From an uncultured Planctomycetales bacterium (GTDB lineage: Bacteria; Planctomycetota; Phycisphaerae; UBA1845; PWPN01), in contig CAZUAI010000006.1 in the NCBI GenBank assembly GCA_964617875.1, forward strand, positions 42,877 to 106,876: a DNA stretch of 64,000 bases, read 5' to 3'. A program made the translations under genes and the position numbers. Positions within the stretch are counted from its first letter, which is position 1. Every line of letters starts with the position of its first letter. Below are positions 1 through 9,633 of this stretch, piece after piece. The notes under the pieces were generated by a model. That model did not search any database. It was given only the letters and a program-made list of their open reading frames with translations, and had not been told where the DNA came from.

Positions 1-398
1 GCCAGAACCGACTGGGCCTCCTCGACCGCCGCACGGGCCTTGGCCCGCTGGGCTTCGGCGATTCTGTCATCGAGCCGGAGGATCTCCTCCGTCTTGTGAA
101 CCGCCTGGCCCTCGACCACGGAAACGGTCCGCACCTGCCCGGCCACCTGGGCGGTCAGGATGGCGACCCGCTCGGGTATCGCCTCCAATACCCCGACCAG
201 ATCGATCGAGGGCTGCAGGGTCTCGACCGTGGCCGCGGCCGCGCGAACGGGCACCGGGGTTGCCGACGCGGCCTCTTCCGCCGATCCCTCCGTTTGCTTC
301 TGCTTGCAGCCGGCAAGGCCGCCGATCATGACGGCCAGAAGCAGACTCAGGAGGCGAACGCCGACCTGGCGAAACGACGACTTCACGTGCTCATTCAT
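1..398 (-). CDS. RND efflux membrane fusion protein (periplasmic adaptor, HlyD family), N-terminal part; 3' end lies beyond window start
   Basis: Minus-strand translation from ATG at 398 gives MNEHVKSSFRQVGVRLLSLLLAVMIGGLAGCKQ...VPVRAAAATVETLQPSIDLVGVLEAIPERVAILTAQVAGQVRTVSVVEGQAVHKTEEILRLDDRIAEAQRAKA. That is a lipobox signal followed by the typical MFP lipoyl/coiled-coil start. Its ATG overlaps the RND stop in ATGA. Confidence 0.6.
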   Translation of the reverse strand, partial: MNEHVKSSFRQVGVRLLSLLLAVMIGGLAGCKQKQTEGSAEEAASATPVPVRAAAATVETLQPSIDLVGVLEAIPERVAILTAQVAGQVRTVSVVEGQAVHKTEEILRLDDRIAEAQRAKARAAVEEAQSVL

Positions 399-3300
399 TG
401 CTTGCTCCAGGGCATTCCACTGCGGGGTTCCGCATGGGCGGCCGCCACCGACATGCCGGCGGCGGCCGGCGATCCGGCCCGCCCGAACAGCCTCGTGGCG
501 ATGTAGTAGAACACGGGCGTGGCGACCAACGAAAGGGCCAACGATATACACAACGCGCCGATGACGCCGACGGCGAGCGGTTGAAGCATCTGGGCTCCCG
601 TGCCCACGCCATACGCCAACGGCAACAGACCCAGGAATGTGGTCATCGAAGTCATGAGAACCGGCCGGAGGCGGCGCCGCCCCGACTGCACAAGGGCTTC
701 GGAAAGCGGCAGGCCGCGCGCCCTGAGATGCTCGACGAAGTCCAGCATCAGGATTCCGTTCTTGGCGACGATGCCGACCCCGATGATCGCTCCGAGGAAC
801 GACACGATATTGAAGGAGATGCCGGTGATCCACAGGGCCGCGGTGACGCCCGAGAGAGCGAGAACCGCTCCGGCCACGATCGCCAGGGGCTGAATGATGG
901 AGCGGAACTCGAGGAGCAATACCGCATACACGAGCAGGACCGCCACGATGAGCACGATGGTCAGGTTCCGGAAGGACTCCTGCTGCTGCTGGTACAGGCC
1001 CCCGTATTCGATGGAGGCGTCGGATGGAAGCTTCAGTGTCTCGGCCAGCCGGGCCCTGATCGCCGCCACGCCGCTGCCGAGATCCCGACCGGCAAAGCGG
1101 GCCGAGACCGCCGTGCACTGCCGCAGGTCTTCGCGGCGCATTTCGAGCAGCCCGGGGTGGTGGCTGACATCCGCCACATCGCCCAGCGTCACGCGCGCGC
1201 CGTTGGGCGACCGGATCGGAAGAAGGCTGATCGCCGCTTCGCGGTCCTGGCCCTCGCGTGCGAGCAGGACCCGAATGCCCAGCGTGCGGTCGCCCTGCAG
1301 TGCGTAGGAAGAGACCGTGCCCAGCAGTCCGGTTTCGATCGCGGCGCCGATCTGATCCACCGTGAGGCCCGCGCGGGCCGCTTCTTCGTTACGAACCCGG
1401 AAGCTCAGTGACGGACCGGCGACCACCAGTCCGTTGTTGACATCGACGATGCCCGGGATCTTTTCGATGGTCTCCGCGATCTCGGCCGCTTTCTGTTTCA
1501 CGAGGGCGGTATTGGTCGAGAATATCTTGATCTCGATCGGCTTGGGCGACCAGGTCAGGTCACCGATCAGGTCGCTGAGCACGCCGGGGAACTCTGTGTG
1601 GAGCGCCGGCTCGGCCGCCTGGATCTTCCCGCGAAGCTCGTCGATCACCTCTTCCGTGCTGCGTTTCCGGTCCGGCCGCAGCTTCACCAGGAAGTCCCCG
1701 GTGTTCGGCTCGGCGATCGCCAGGGCCAGACGGGCACCCGTGCGCCGCGAGAAGCTCTCGACCTCGGGGGCGCCGGCAAGGATCTGCTCCACGTGACGCA
1801 GCATCCGGTCGGTTTCGGAGAGGCTTGTTCCCGGCCGGGAGAAGTAGTCCAGCACGAACGCCCCCTCGTCCTGTTTCGGCAGGAAATCGGTTTCGACCTG
1901 GAAGTACAGGGCGATTCCGCCGGCAATGACCAGGACGATCACCGCAATCGAGACGCCCGGATGACGGAGCGCGCGGCGGACGGTCCATTCGTACCCGCCA
2001 ATCAGCCTCCGGAGGATGGGCCCTCCCTGTTCGAGTTCGTCCTGCGTGGGACCGGAACGGGGTCGAATCAGCAGCGCCGCCAGCGTGGGCGTCAGCGTGA
2101 CGGCGAGCAGGAGCGACCCGAGCAGCGAGATCACCATGGTCATGGCGAGCGCCCGGAAGAACACGCCCGGCACGCCGTCCAGATAGGCCAGCGGGATGAA
2201 GACCACGACGGGGGTAAGCGTGCTGCCGATGAGCGGCAGGCCGAGTTCATGAATGGCGACACGGACGGCCTGGCGTGGCGGAATGCCTGCGCAGATCTTC
2301 GCATGGATGGTCTCCACGACGACGATGGCGTCGTCGATGACCAGCCCGACCGCCGCGGCAATGCCGCCCAGGGTCATGAGGTTGAAGCTCATCCGGAAGA
2401 TCCGCATGCCCACCAGGGCCATCAGGATCGTCACGGGAATGGCCAGGGCGGTCACCACGGTCGTCGCGGTGTTCCGAAGGAACAGGTACAGCACGATGAT
2501 CGAGAGCGCCAGGCCGAAGATGATGCTCTCCCAGACGCTGCCGACGGCCTCCCGGACGAAGAGCGACTGATCGTAGAAGAAGGCCATCCGCATGTCCGGC
2601 GGCAGATCACGCTTCAGCGCCCGCATTTCGTCCTTCAGGGCGTCGGCGATGGCCACGGTGTTGCCGTCGGGCTGGCTGCGGATGTTCAGCAGGACGGCGG
2701 CCACGCCGTCGGCCGTGACGATGTTGAACTGGGGAGCCGCCCCGGCCCGAACGGTGGCAACGTCGCGGACGCGAACCGGCGACGCTCCCGCCGACGTGAC
2801 GACGACATCGCCGATCTCCTCCGGCGTACTGACCCGGCCATCGACCAGTGTCAGGTAGAGCTGATGCTTCTCTTCGTGCAACCCGGCCGCGGTGAACTTG
2901 TTGGTCCTGGCCAGCGCGTCGCTGACCTGCTCCAGGCTGAGGTGGTAGGCCTCCAGCCGCGCGGGGTCCACAACCACGTGGTATTCGGGCTCACGGCCTC
3001 CCACCAGATCCACGCGTGCCACGCCCCGGATTCGCAGGAAGCGCGGCTTGATCTGGTAGCGCGCCGCCTCCCACAAGTCCGTGATGCTTCGGGTCTTGCT
3101 CGTGAGACTGATGCCGATGATCGGAAACGCCGAGAACGTCAGGCGATGCACCGTGGTTTCGGCGGTTGCCGGCAAGGTGCTGCGGATCTGGGACAGGCGG
3201 CTCAACACATACAACTCCGCCTGGATCATGTCGGTTCGCCAGGTGAAGAACACGTTGACTTCGGCGGAGCCGCGTCCGGTCGAGGATCGGATGTTGACCG

Positions 3301-3586
3301 CGCCGGGGATGTCCTTCATGGCCTCTTCGATCGGCCGCGTGATCGTCGCCATCATTTCGTCGGCCGGCATGACGCCGTTGTCGATCAGGATGACCACCCG
3401 CGGGAAGTCCGTCTGGGGAAACACCGAGGAGGGCATCCGGTACGCGCAGTAGGCGCCGCCAAGGCACAAGACGATCGTCAGGAAGAGGATGGCCTTGCGA
3501 TGCCGCACGACGAAACCATCGTCGGCCGGCGCCGGAACATGCCCTTTGTCGGTCACGCCATGTTGGGAAGTACTCTGTCCTGTCAC
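395..3586 (-). CDS. RND family efflux pump inner-membrane permease (AcrB/CzcA/CusA superfamily, 1063 aa)
   Basis: Uninterrupted 1063-aa ORF with the 12-TM/two-large-periplasmic-loop layout and RND motifs (FLPKQDEG, GLPLSEALVQSG, MTSMTTFLGLLPLA). The codon at 3586 is GTG. The true start may be an internal GTG about 26 codons downstream. Confidence 0.9.
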   Translation of the reverse strand: MTGQSTSQHGVTDKGHVPAPADDGFVVRHRKAILFLTIVLCLGGAYCAYRMPSSVFPQTDFPRVVILIDNGVMPADEMMATITRPIEEAMKDIPGAVNIRSSTGRGSAEVNVFFTWRTDMIQAELYVLSRLSQIRSTLPATAETTVHRLTFSAFPIIGISLTSKTRSITDLWEAARYQIKPRFLRIRGVARVDLVGGREPEYHVVVDPARLEAYHLSLEQVSDALARTNKFTAAGLHEEKHQLYLTLVDGRVSTPEEIGDVVVTSAGASPVRVRDVATVRAGAAPQFNIVTADGVAAVLLNIRSQPDGNTVAIADALKDEMRALKRDLPPDMRMAFFYDQSLFVREAVGSVWESIIFGLALSIIVLYLFLRNTATTVVTALAIPVTILMALVGMRIFRMSFNLMTLGGIAAAVGLVIDDAIVVVETIHAKICAGIPPRQAVRVAIHELGLPLIGSTLTPVVVFIPLAYLDGVPGVFFRALAMTMVISLLGSLLLAVTLTPTLAALLIRPRSGPTQDELEQGGPILRRLIGGYEWTVRRALRHPGVSIAVIVLVIAGGIALYFQVETDFLPKQDEGAFVLDYFSRPGTSLSETDRMLRHVEQILAGAPEVESFSRRTGARLALAIAEPNTGDFLVKLRPDRKRSTEEVIDELRGKIQAAEPALHTEFPGVLSDLIGDLTWSPKPIEIKIFSTNTALVKQKAAEIAETIEKIPGIVDVNNGLVVAGPSLSFRVRNEEAARAGLTVDQIGAAIETGLLGTVSSYALQGDRTLGIRVLLAREGQDREAAISLLPIRSPNGARVTLGDVADVSHHPGLLEMRREDLRQCTAVSARFAGRDLGSGVAAIRARLAETLKLPSDASIEYGGLYQQQQESFRNLTIVLIVAVLLVYAVLLLEFRSIIQPLAIVAGAVLALSGVTAALWITGISFNIVSFLGAIIGVGIVAKNGILMLDFVEHLRARGLPLSEALVQSGRRRLRPVLMTSMTTFLGLLPLAYGVGTGAQMLQPLAVGVIGALCISLALSLVATPVFYYIATRLFGRAGSPAAAGMSVAAAHAEPRSGMPWSKQ

Positions 3587-3598
3587 GGATCACCGGCC

Positions 3599-3778
3599 TC
3601 AAAAAAAGTACGCCGCCAGAACCTGCCGCGCGAAGTCGCCGGCGAACACGACCAGCGATTGGGCCGTCGAATCCAGAGACAGCTGCGCCGCCTCTTCCTG
3701 ACAGCCGACCAGCCCCGGCAATGCGACCGCACAACCCATCATCGCCAGGCGATACCAATGGTGATGAGTCCTCTTCAT
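3599..3778 (-). CDS. small lipoprotein/lipopeptide (59 aa precursor, ~33-aa mature part) conserved next to OMF genes
   Basis: MKRTHHHWYRLAMMGCAVALPGLVGCQEEAAQLSLDSTAQSLVVFAGDFARQVLAAYFF, with an LVGC lipobox. Its ATG overlaps the upstream OMF stop (ATGA). AAGGAG lies about 13 nt upstream. A paralogue with the same C-terminal DFARQxLAAxxF sits at 60.7-60.96 kb. Confidence 0.45.
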   Translation of the reverse strand: MKRTHHHWYRLAMMGCAVALPGLVGCQEEAAQLSLDSTAQSLVVFAGDFARQVLAAYFF

Positions 3779-5355
3779 GGCTGGTTCCCGTCTCCTTCTG
3801 ACCGTGTGGCCGGAGCCGAAGTCGGTTGCGTGGCCGACATCGGGGGCAGACGGCCGCCGACGGCTCGCTCCAGCTCGGCCATCGCAATGGCGTAATCGCG
3901 CCACACCCCGACATAGGCCTGGCGCTGAACGATCAGCGACTTCTGGGCGTCAATCAGTACGAGGATGTCCTTCTCGCCGGCCCGATACGTCCGCCGGGCG
4001 GATTCCACGTTTTCGTCGGCCTGAGGCAACGCCTGATCCCGATAGAACCGCACCTGTTCGTCGGCGATTCGTGCGACGATGATGGCGTCCTGAACCTGCC
4101 GCGCGACGGAGTCCAGCAGCGTTTCGTAGTCCTTGCGTTGCTGCTCCGCCTTGTACCCGGCCCTGGCGATCTGCGCCTGATTCTGGTCCCAGATCGGGAG
4201 CGTGATCTGCAGGGAAGGACCGAGCAGCGAATCCACAATCGCCCGCCGCTCCGCATCGCGCTGGGCCCTGGACTGAATGGATGGCGCGGTGAGCCGGCCG
4301 TTCGCCACGGACTCCCGGGCCGTGTCGGCGAGGACGTTGCGCCCCGGCAGCGCCTTGCGGTCGGGCCGCTCCCACTCCACGCCCGCCGCCACGCTGGGAA
4401 AAACCTTGAGATACTGCTGCCGGACTTCATCTTCCGCGGCCTGGACCCGCAGTGCGGCAGCGCGGGCATCCAGCCGTTCGGTCATGGCGAAGAGGAGCAA
4501 GGCCCGCTCGTCCTGGCCAAGCGGAAACGCCGTCGGCAGATTGTCTCGCAGGGTCCACGGCTTCTCCCAACGGCTCAAGCCCAGCGTGTTCGCGAGGGCT
4601 GTTTCGGCCAGGCGCCGCTGCCGTTGAACGTCCATCTGCTGCAGCCTGGTTTCCAGCAGACTTGTCCGTACGAGGTTGACATCGAGCTTGCCGGTCTCGC
4701 CGGCGTTGAACCGATCCTGGGCGAGCTGGAGCGACTTTTCCACCAGGGCGACGTTCTCGTTCGCAATCGCCTCCGCCTGCTGAAGCGCCAGAAGCCGGTA
4801 GGTCTGGGACTTGGTGTCCGCCGCCAGGTCCACGGCCTGCTGCACGACCTTCAGGATCGTCTGCTCCAACTGTGCTTCGGCGATCTTCTTGCGGACCGGG
4901 ATCTGCCAGAGGTCCACCAGTTCCTGCCCGAAACCCATGGTCAGCTTTGTCCGCCCGCCCCCTTCGGGAAACTGAGCCACGAGCGAGAACGATGGATTGG
5001 TCAGCAGGCCCGCCTGAACCAGGTCGGCGCGGGATGCGCCGATTTCCTGAAAGGCGGACTGCAGCGCGGGGCTCTTCAGCAGGGCCAGTCGGACGGCTTC
5101 ATCGACGGTCAGCCCGTCGGCCAGCAGTGCGTCCAGCTTGTCCTTCACAAGGGCGTCGGCCGAGGGTTCGTACACGTCGGGCGTGCCCGTCCGCTCCGTG
5201 ACCGACTGCGACGCCCGGCGGAAATCCTGCGCGGGATCAACGGCCGCGCAGCCGATGGCCAGCATGGGAATGGAGATCGTGCAGACGGCAACGAGCGCGA
5301 TCCGGCCGGCGCCGGGACGATTCTTCAATGTCCTAATCATGGTTGGCGCGATCAA
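3775..5355 (-). CDS. outer membrane efflux protein (TolC/CzcC/NodT-type OMF lipoprotein)
   Basis: 526 aa with an LAIGC lipobox and two OEP repeats. AGGAGG lies 9 nt upstream of ATG 5355. The gene at 58.4-59.9 kb is a paralogue. Confidence 0.85.
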   Translation of the reverse strand: MIAPTMIRTLKNRPGAGRIALVAVCTISIPMLAIGCAAVDPAQDFRRASQSVTERTGTPDVYEPSADALVKDKLDALLADGLTVDEAVRLALLKSPALQSAFQEIGASRADLVQAGLLTNPSFSLVAQFPEGGGRTKLTMGFGQELVDLWQIPVRKKIAEAQLEQTILKVVQQAVDLAADTKSQTYRLLALQQAEAIANENVALVEKSLQLAQDRFNAGETGKLDVNLVRTSLLETRLQQMDVQRQRRLAETALANTLGLSRWEKPWTLRDNLPTAFPLGQDERALLLFAMTERLDARAAALRVQAAEDEVRQQYLKVFPSVAAGVEWERPDRKALPGRNVLADTARESVANGRLTAPSIQSRAQRDAERRAIVDSLLGPSLQITLPIWDQNQAQIARAGYKAEQQRKDYETLLDSVARQVQDAIIVARIADEQVRFYRDQALPQADENVESARRTYRAGEKDILVLIDAQKSLIVQRQAYVGVWRDYAIAMAELERAVGGRLPPMSATQPTSAPATRSEGDGNQP

Positions 5356-6568
5356 CTCGTCCTCCTGCCAGATACAGCATGAAGCCTGCTCCGGCGATCA
5401 TCAGAACCAAGGCGTACATGACGCCGAACTTGATGCCGAAGACCGTCCACAGCCAGCCCACCAGGATGCTGCTGATCAGATCGCCCATGCCGGTCACCAC
5501 GGCCAGCGCCCCGAACCCGCTGCCCCGGATGCTTGCGGGCAGGAGTTCGGCCGCGACGGCGTCCTCGACGGCCTCATACAGGCCGACGCCGGTGCCGCCG
5601 AGCGCGAACATGAGCGCCAGGCCGATGTAGCTGTCGACGCCCGCCATCATGCAGACGGCCGCCAGGGCCGCGGCCAGATAACCGGCCACGAGAAGCATCC
5701 GCTTGTTCGTGCGATCCGCCATCCATCCGCCGAGGTACGACCACGAGGCGTACAGCACGTTGTGCAGCGTGTAACCGGCCACGGAGAGGGTGGCGGCTTC
5801 GGCGGGTCCGATCCTGGGGGAAAGAACCGTCACCGTATACAGGATGTAGAAGGTGTCGGCAAAATCGCCCAGGCCGAACAGGCCGACGGCGCCGAGGAAC
5901 TCCTTGAATCGTGAGCCGAAGCCACCGAAGCTCTTGAGGAAAGGGGTGCTGACCGGCGTGCGGTCGGTCCGCTCGCGGACGAGGAATGCGATCGCGAGGA
6001 CCGCCACGATCGCCGGGAAGACGGAAAGCAGGATTACGCTGCGATGAGTGAGCCCCGCTCGCAAGAGGAACAGGACGGCCACCGGCGCCGCGATGGCACC
6101 GGTCGTATCCATCGCCCGCTCCAGCCCGAAGGCCCGGCCGTAGGTGGCCGGCGTCACGGCGTCGGCGAGCAACGCCTTTCGCGCCGGGGTGCGCAGGCCG
6201 CGTGAGACCCACGCCAGGACCCGGCCGCCCAGCACCACGAACCAGTTGCCTGCCAGGGCGATCACCACCGGGGAGAACGCCATGAAGCCGTAACCGCCGG
6301 CACAGAGGACCTTCCGGCGGCGGAGCCGATCCGCCAGCCAGCCGCCGTAGAGTTTCGCGAGGCTCGAGAAGCCGTCGGCGAAGCCCTCGATCGTCCCCAG
6401 GGCCCCGGCGGCAGCGCCCATGGAGGCCAGGAAGGCCGGCAGCGTGGACGTCACAGCCTCATGGCTCATGTCGCTGAACAGCGACGCAAGGCCGATGCCC
6501 ACGACAGTCCGATTCAGCCAATGTATGCCGGAACCGCGCGCCGTCCTGTCAGCGGCTGGATGACTCAT
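5333..6568 (-). CDS. MFS transporter
   Basis: About 411-421 aa with 12 predicted TM segments and a GxLaDrxGrR-like motif (GGWLADRLRRRK). The ATG at 6568 overlaps the upstream stop (ATGA). An alternative start is 6598. The 3' end overlaps the OMF start by 23 nt. Confidence 0.75.
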   Translation of the reverse strand: MSHPAADRTARGSGIHWLNRTVVGIGLASLFSDMSHEAVTSTLPAFLASMGAAAGALGTIEGFADGFSSLAKLYGGWLADRLRRRKVLCAGGYGFMAFSPVVIALAGNWFVVLGGRVLAWVSRGLRTPARKALLADAVTPATYGRAFGLERAMDTTGAIAAPVAVLFLLRAGLTHRSVILLSVFPAIVAVLAIAFLVRERTDRTPVSTPFLKSFGGFGSRFKEFLGAVGLFGLGDFADTFYILYTVTVLSPRIGPAEAATLSVAGYTLHNVLYASWSYLGGWMADRTNKRMLLVAGYLAAALAAVCMMAGVDSYIGLALMFALGGTGVGLYEAVEDAVAAELLPASIRGSGFGALAVVTGMGDLISSILVGWLWTVFGIKFGVMYALVLMIAGAGFMLYLAGGRVDRANHD

Positions 6569-7839
6569 TTGCGTTGTATTGGATCGGGTCGCGGACATGA
6601 GGGCAAGGCGGCCTCCGCTTCCTCCACGCGCAGCCATCCCGCGTGCAGGCACCACGCCATCGTCAGCCCCATGACAAACCCAAGGGCCACGTTGTTCAAC
6701 GCCAGGCAGGCGGCGGCGGTCAGCAGCATGGCGAACGCATCGGTCCGGCGGGTCTGATCGCGACACACGAGCGAAAGCTCCATGCCGCTGAATGCCAGCA
6801 TGACCCCGAGAATGCTGGCGGGGAAGGCACTGCACAGGGTCATGAGCGATGCGCCGACGAGTATGGCAAGGGTGATCTTCACGGCGCCAAGGAACAGGAT
6901 TGCACCGTTGGTTCGTGCTCCAAACCGATACTGTCCGGCCAGTCCGCCGGCTCCGTGGCACATCGGCATGCCGCCAAACCAGCAGGCCACGAGATTCATG
7001 ATGCCCACGGAAACGGCGACCTTGCGCGGCGCGGCCTGTCGTCCCGGGAACAGGTCCGCCGACAAGGCGGTTACCGCGATGACCGAGTTCAACGTCGTGA
7101 GGGGAATCTGCGGCAGGGCGACCTTCGGAAAGGCCGCGACGAAGTCCGCCCGGGCCGGCGGTTGCCAACCCGGCCATGTGAAACCGATGCCGAGCGACCC
7201 CAACACCTCCGGATGTGTCCATATCGCGACGGCCAGGCCCGCCGCAAACAGGAGAAGCGCCGCCGGGATCGTTCGCGAGAAGAAGAGCAGGAGGACCAGC
7301 AGCGCGGCCAGCAGGCCCGTCAGGCAGCTATCACCCGCGAACCACGTGCCGGTGCCGGCGACCATCTGGATGCCCTTGATCATCAGCGACAGGCCCAGCG
7401 CGAGCTGCAAGCCGCGGACTACGCTGCGGGGCACGACCCGGTTCAGCCAGTCGATCAGCCCGGTCAGCCCGAGCAGCAGCACCACCAGGCTGACTGTCGC
7501 GCCGGCGGCCAGGATCTGCGGCACGGTCAGCCCCTGGGTGATCGCCACGGTTGCGATGGCCTTCATGGGCTGCACGGCCATCGGGATGCTGAAGGTCAGG
7601 CCGGTGACGACGTTAAACAACCCGGAGAAGAACAACGCCGAGGCGAAGTTGAGCCCGTTCTGCGCCGCCATGCCGACAAGCAGCGGCAGGAACGTGCCCA
7701 GGTCGCCGAGGCTGCCGGCAATCTCATGCCGGTCGATTCGCGCGCACCCCAACGGCTGGAGAAACCGCGGCCATCCGGGCCGCGCCGTCTCAATCGCCGC
7801 GCGGGCCTCTACCGCACTGGACAAGAAGGCTGCCGCCAT
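6565..7839 (-). CDS. MOT1-family (MFS-related) putative sulfate/molybdate transporter
   Basis: HEIAGSLGDLGTFLPLLVGMAAQNGLNFASALFFSGLFNVVTGLTFSIPMAVQPMKAIATVAI matches the MOT1/PF16983 signature, as I recall it. Start is ATG 7839; a TTG at 7863 is the alternative. Confidence 0.7.
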   Translation of the reverse strand: MAAAFLSSAVEARAAIETARPGWPRFLQPLGCARIDRHEIAGSLGDLGTFLPLLVGMAAQNGLNFASALFFSGLFNVVTGLTFSIPMAVQPMKAIATVAITQGLTVPQILAAGATVSLVVLLLGLTGLIDWLNRVVPRSVVRGLQLALGLSLMIKGIQMVAGTGTWFAGDSCLTGLLAALLVLLLFFSRTIPAALLLFAAGLAVAIWTHPEVLGSLGIGFTWPGWQPPARADFVAAFPKVALPQIPLTTLNSVIAVTALSADLFPGRQAAPRKVAVSVGIMNLVACWFGGMPMCHGAGGLAGQYRFGARTNGAILFLGAVKITLAILVGASLMTLCSAFPASILGVMLAFSGMELSLVCRDQTRRTDAFAMLLTAAACLALNNVALGFVMGLTMAWCLHAGWLRVEEAEAALPSCPRPDPIQRK

Positions 7840-7916
7840 GACACCGCAGCCAGTCCACGACAAGCCTGCTCAACGTCGCCGCAATCACGGCCGCTCCGGG
7901 GGCTTGTCCGTCCCCG

Positions 7917-9203
7917 TCAGGCCTTGCCGGCAAACGGATTTCCGAAAACGGCCGCCTTGCCCAGTTCCGCCTCGATCTCCAGCAGCCGGTTGTACTTGGC
8001 GATCCGCTCGCTGCGGCACGCGGAACCGGTCTTGATCTGGCCGCCGCCCATCGCCACGGCGAAGTCGGCCATGAAGGCATCTTCGGTCTCGCCCGAGCGG
8101 TGCGACACGACGAAGCCCCAGCCGGCCTTGCGGCACATATCGATGGCCTCGATGGTCTCGGTCACCGTGCCGATCTGATTCAGCTTGATCAGCACGGCGT
8201 TGGTGGACTGTTCCTTGATGCCCCGCTCGATGAACTTCGTATTCGTGACGTACAGGTCGTCGCCGACGATCTGGATGCGCGAGCCCAGCGCGGCCGTGTG
8301 CTGTTTGAACCCGGCCCAGTCGTTCTCGGCCAGGCCGTCTTCGATCGAGACGATCGGGTACTTCTCCACCCAGCCCTTGTACAACGCCGTCATCTCGGCG
8401 CTGTTCTTCCTGCCCTGGCCCGACTTCGAAAGCTGGTAGGCCCCGTCCTCGAAGAAGGAGCTGGCCGCCGGGTCGAGCGCGATGGCCACGTCCTTGCCGG
8501 GTTTGTAGCCGGCGGCCTGGATGGCCTCCACGATTACCTCGCAGGCCTCGTCGTTGCTCTTGAGGTTGGGCGCGAACCCGCCCTCGTCGCCGACGCTTGT
8601 CGCGTAGCCTTTCTTGTGCAGGATGGACTTGAGGGCGTGGAAGGTCTCCGCGCCGTAGCGAAGGGCCTCGGCGAACGTCGGGGCGCCGACGGGCATGCAC
8701 ATGAACTCCTGGAAGTCCACGCTGTTGTCGGCGTGCTTGCCGCCGTTCAGGATGTTCATCATGGGCACCGGGATGCGGACCGCGCCCGTTCCGCCGAGGT
8801 AGGCGTAAAGGGGAAGATCCGCCGCCATCGCGGCCGCGCGGGCCACCGCCATGGACACGCCGAGGATGGCGTTCGCCCCCAGCTTGCCCTTGTTGGGCGT
8901 GCCGTCCAGTTCGATCATCAGGCGATCGATCTGGGCCTGGCGGTTCGGAGCCATGCCCACGATCTTCGGGGCAATGAGGTCATTGACGTTGGCGACGGCC
9001 TTGAGCACGCCCTTGCCGCCGTAGCGCTTCTTGTCGCCGTCCCGCAGTTCGACGGCCTCGTTCTCGCCGGTGGAGGCGCCGGACGGGACACAGGCCGCGG
9101 CCGTGATCCCGTTGTCCAGGGTCACCGAGACCCGCAACGTCGGATTGCCGCGAGAATCCAGAATCTCCAGGGCCCGTACCGATGCGATATTGCTGTTCAT
9201 CAT
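7917..9203 (-). CDS. eno: enolase (phosphopyruvate hydratase)
   Basis: 428 aa, [32 protein letters not shown]...[51 protein letters not shown] lies 3-4 nt upstream of ATGATG at 9203. No stop separates it from the upstream ORF. Confidence 0.95.
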   Translation of the reverse strand: MMNSNIASVRALEILDSRGNPTLRVSVTLDNGITAAACVPSGASTGENEAVELRDGDKKRYGGKGVLKAVANVNDLIAPKIVGMAPNRQAQIDRLMIELDGTPNKGKLGANAILGVSMAVARAAAMAADLPLYAYLGGTGAVRIPVPMMNILNGGKHADNSVDFQEFMCMPVGAPTFAEALRYGAETFHALKSILHKKGYATSVGDEGGFAPNLKSNDEACEVIVEAIQAAGYKPGKDVAIALDPAASSFFEDGAYQLSKSGQGRKNSAEMTALYKGWVEKYPIVSIEDGLAENDWAGFKQHTAALGSRIQIVGDDLYVTNTKFIERGIKEQSTNAVLIKLNQIGTVTETIEAIDMCRKAGWGFVVSHRSGETEDAFMADFAVAMGGGQIKTGSACRSERIAKYNRLLEIEAELGKAAVFGNPFAGKA

Positions 9204-9632
9204 TAACTCCTTTCTTGAATCATGACGCATTGTCATTGTGCGTAAACCAACAGATGCCGCAAGAGCCGCCTTGCGGATCATCGGATTCGGATGAAGCCTG
9301 AGTCCGGCCAGACACCGCCGGGCGGCGGCGGTTCCGATCCGGCCCAGGGCGGCGATGGCCGCCTGCGCCACGAACACCGCCTGCATGTCCCGCGTGTCCC
9401 GGGTCCGTTCGACCAGTTCGATCAACGGCGCGACGGCCCGGCGTTCCTTCCGCTGCCCCAGCAGGAGGGCGCATCGCTCGGGCGTGGTGGGCTCCGGATG
9501 GCGCAGCGAGACCATGAGCTTCTCCGGGTAGCTGAGCGAGCCCCAGTATTCCCTCAGGTTCAGGCCGCAGCGAGGGCAGCATTCGAGGTCCTCGGCAAAG
9601 TCGTCCCAGCAGCGGGGACAGAAGAACCGCAT
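9204..9632 (-). CDS. zinc-ribbon + HEAT-repeat (PBS-lyase-like) protein, in frame with eno and no stop codon between
   Basis: [30 protein letters not shown] (CPRC-x9-CPRC) followed by HPEP...LIELVE...ALGRIG...[18 protein letters not shown]-like repeats. The ORF reads ...RHDSRKEL directly into MMNSN of enolase. Confidence 0.55.
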
Positions 9633-9633
9633 C

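Noticed and set aside
1598-5382. Long plus-strand ORFs (1598-3895, 3826-5382) overlapping the RND and OMF genes
   Set aside because: Arg/Gly/Pro-rich low-complexity translations with no domain signal. They are typical antisense shadow ORFs in high-GC DNA. The minus-strand genes have clear homology.
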